DNA of 64,000 bases. Source: Corallochytrium limacisporum Hawaii (taxonomy: Eukaryota; Protista; Pluriformea). The DNA is taken from assembly GCA_002811645.1 (NCBI GenBank), contig PDIP01000032.1, positions 1 through 64,000 of the forward strand, in the 5' to 3' direction. Below are positions 61,831 to 64,000 of the stretch, piece by piece. A program made the position numbers and the translations under genes. The stretch's first letter is position 1, and each line of letters begins with the position of its first letter. Below the pieces are notes generated by a model. The model was not told the DNA's origin. It ran no database searches and saw only the letters and a list, made by a program, of their open reading frames with translations.

Positions 61831-62944
61831 ACCATGACTTGACACATCGGCCTCGGCGCGGAAATAGCCGCGTACCAGGTTGTGAACACGTCGATAAGAC
61901 AGCTGCAAGTTTCTCAGATTTCCAGACTGGGACACAGCTCCACGTCCCCGGCACCCCCCCCCCCACCCCACCCCAAACTTAGTATTGCAGAACCCAGTTC
62001 GATTCCATAATCTCCTGTACATATCGACGCGCAGATGAAGTTGGTCCCCGACGGCCCATCTCCGGCCAACCCAGTGAGCACGTCACTTAGGCGCACTATT
62101 TATCTGCCTCCACTGAAAAACGACAACGGGAAACTAGTGAGCTTGTTAAAGAAGAACGGTGAACTGTGCCCGTCCACAACTCTTTCGCAACGGACATATT
62201 CTGATAGATATCTTCACCTTACTTCTCATAAAAACAGCATCGGCAACTGACTGACTGAGCAACAGGTCATAGCAGCAGGTACAGCTGGGGTGCTAATTCG
62301 TATGGAAACAAGGCCGCGGCAATAAAAGGGAACAAGGAGTTACCGCCCTCGGGAAGGTATGGTTGGGACGGGAAAGCGTGCGGTCGTGGTGGTCATCCTG
62401 AGAACTACTGTGACTCAAAACCAAACCTGCTTGTCAGTTATCGTAGCGCGTGTGGGTGGAATGGTACCTAAACATAACCTACTAAGCCGAAAGCAGTGAG
62501 GGGCGCTAAAAATTTGATGCGCGATGCCGGAGCGCGGGAAGAGCGTTTGAAGGCGTGTAACACGAGGTTTGCATTCTTACCGTTCCATTTCTACCTCCGC
62601 TGTGGCCCTTGCGGTGTTGGGCATTTTCCGGTACTTTCAGTATGGATCTGGCGCACAGAACACCTGCGCGCCTGCCATGTTTTGGGTTCCCCGCCCTACA
62701 TCCTAGGACCTTGGACAAATGCCTGCGGTCATGCAATTTCTCCGCTGCTTTACGATCAATATTTTTTGGATCAATTAAACAGCGGAGAAGAGTCGCGATG
62801 TGGTGCGGGTGTGCGACTTTGCAAAACCTCCAGCTCGAAACGGACTACTCCCGAGGCTCCGGCCCGAAGCTGATAATATGCTATTTTGGGAAAGTCACAG
62901 ATGGGCATCACGTACAATCGCATCAAAAATTAGATAAGCTTGCC

Positions 62945-63394
62945 ATGAGGAGCAGCTTGCGACTAGGAATCAAGAGGTCGGGTTTTGATGTAGCCAATAT
63001 GTCTTTGAATCAACAAATGTCCCGCTTCTTGGCAGCTGATATGTTCGCTGTCGTCGGTGCGTCCACTGACCGCAGCAAGTATGGTAACAAGGTGCTGCGC
63101 CACTACGTGGAAAATGGTCGCAAGGTTGTGCCCATTAACCACAAGGAGCCCCAAGTTGAAGGCCTCGATGCCAAGAAGAGCTTGAGCGAATTAAACGAAC
63201 CCGCAAAGTACAGCGTTTCGATTATTACTCCTCCGGCAGTCACGGAGAAAGTCATTGATGAGGCCCTTGGTCTGGGAATTACTAATCTGTGGTGTCAGCC
63301 CGGTAGTGAAAATGCAGAGGCCATCCAGAAAGCTAAGGATAGGGGCGCCAATGTCATTAGTGGCGGTCCCTGCGTACTGGTAACAAAACTATAG
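62945..63394 (+). CDS. CoA-binding domain protein (YccU-like); possible mitochondrial presequence
   Basis: 'FAVVGASTDRSKYGNKV', 'VVPIN', 'SIITPP.VT', 'LWCQPGSE', 'GPCVLV'; ATG at 62945 (MRSSLRLGIKRS) or 62999. Confidence 0.88.
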   Translation: MRSSLRLGIKRSGFDVANMSLNQQMSRFLAADMFAVVGASTDRSKYGNKVLRHYVENGRKVVPINHKEPQVEGLDAKKSLSELNEPAKYSVSIITPPAVTEKVIDEALGLGITNLWCQPGSENAEAIQKAKDRGANVISGGPCVLVTKL

Positions 63395-63420
63395 GGCTAT
63401 TGGTAGCTAATGAAAATTCT

Positions 63421-64000
63421 TTAGACTTTATGAAGCGGAAGCGGTTGATACGTGGCGCTAGATTTGTTCATAATTGCACTGTGGTCCTTGACATGTCCAA
63501 TGAGAACCAATGCCTCCAAGCCAGCGCCAATGAATGAGAGGATAATGCCGAGACCTTGTACTCCAAGCACAGCATGATCATAAGCAATAGCTGAAACAGT
63601 GATCGAGATGGCCTTACGCACGCTTGTGATCATTGCAAGGCTCAAGGGACCAGATTTCTGCAGTACTATGAAGACACAAATTTGTGTTGAAAGGCTGCAG
63701 AATGCACACACCCATAGGTTGTTGAGGATCTCCGGATGACGGTCAATGAAGCGAAGTGATTCCACTAACTCACCTGAAGTATAATTCAGAATGGTGGCCA
63801 GTATTGTCGCATAAAGATTCAGGTAGAACATCATGACGTAACTAATGGCATGATATGACGATCTCATGTGTTCTTGGAGGGTCCCGGTGATACCATCACA
63901 CATAAGTGCCAGCGTGAGCAGCCCAACCCCTATCATATGGTTTTTCGTTTGCTCTTGTTCCGGACTCTGTGAGCCTGAAGGAGGCTCATACACTTGGTAA
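63421..64000 (-). CDS. UAA-family nucleotide-sugar transporter (SLC35B1/Hut1-like), 5' end outside window
   Basis: 'LMCDGITGTLQE', 'MMFYLN', 'FIDRHPE', 'ITSVRKAISITVS'; frame stays open to the window edge. Confidence 0.85.
   Translation of the reverse strand, partial: YQVYEPPSGSQSPEQEQTKNHMIGVGLLTLALMCDGITGTLQEHMRSSYHAISYVMMFYLNLYATILATILNYTSGELVESLRFIDRHPEILNNLWVCAFCSLSTQICVFIVLQKSGPLSLAMITSVRKAISITVSAIAYDHAVLGVQGLGIILSFIGAGLEALVLIGHVKDHSAIMNKSSATYQPLPLHKV

Noticed and set aside
61836-61966. TTG/GTG-initiated N-terminal extensions in the ORF track (desaturase, CoA-binding 62609, Raptor, RPA2 and others)
   Set aside because: Eukaryotic genes; extensions are non-protein-like and overlap leaders or candidate introns.

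Overview
Gene-dense eukaryotic genomic window with about 20 protein genes in 64 kb (roughly one per 3.2 kb). Every coding body is one uninterrupted ORF. Genes in order: COG4, SRP68, eRF3, SLC43-like MFS transporter, Raptor, Josephin DUB, Pol I subunit RPA2, EI24, DDX55/Spb4, tandem-globin protein, GT14-like protein, Efm7/Nnt1-like methyltransferase, GINT1-like GH-propeller+GT64 protein, TM RING-H2 E3, homoserine kinase, 5-oxoprolinase, Serinc, front-end fatty acid desaturase, CoA-binding protein and a partial SLC35B-type transporter. Density, intron-free CDSs and gene content suggest an intron-poor protist, possibly a Corallochytrium-like holozoan (inference only). Features the ORF track does not show: (1) candidate 40-90 nt GT-AG introns confined to 5' leaders, several with donors overlapping an ATG, in two cases rebuilding an in-frame start codon on splicing; (2) a decayed glycosyltransferase-like pseudogene at about 55.7-57.1 kb; (3) a globin + His-less pseudo-globin protein with a CaaX-like tail; (4) 19-bp direct repeats bracketing EI24; (5) recurrent Cn-Gn palindromes in intergenic cores; (6) a 42-bp higher-order satellite with TAACCC; (7) a 21-bp G.U-rich hairpin. 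Three N gaps and noisy homopolymer-rich intergenic cores mean some non-coding sequence may be assembly artefact. No tRNA, rRNA, CRISPR array or transposase was recognised.
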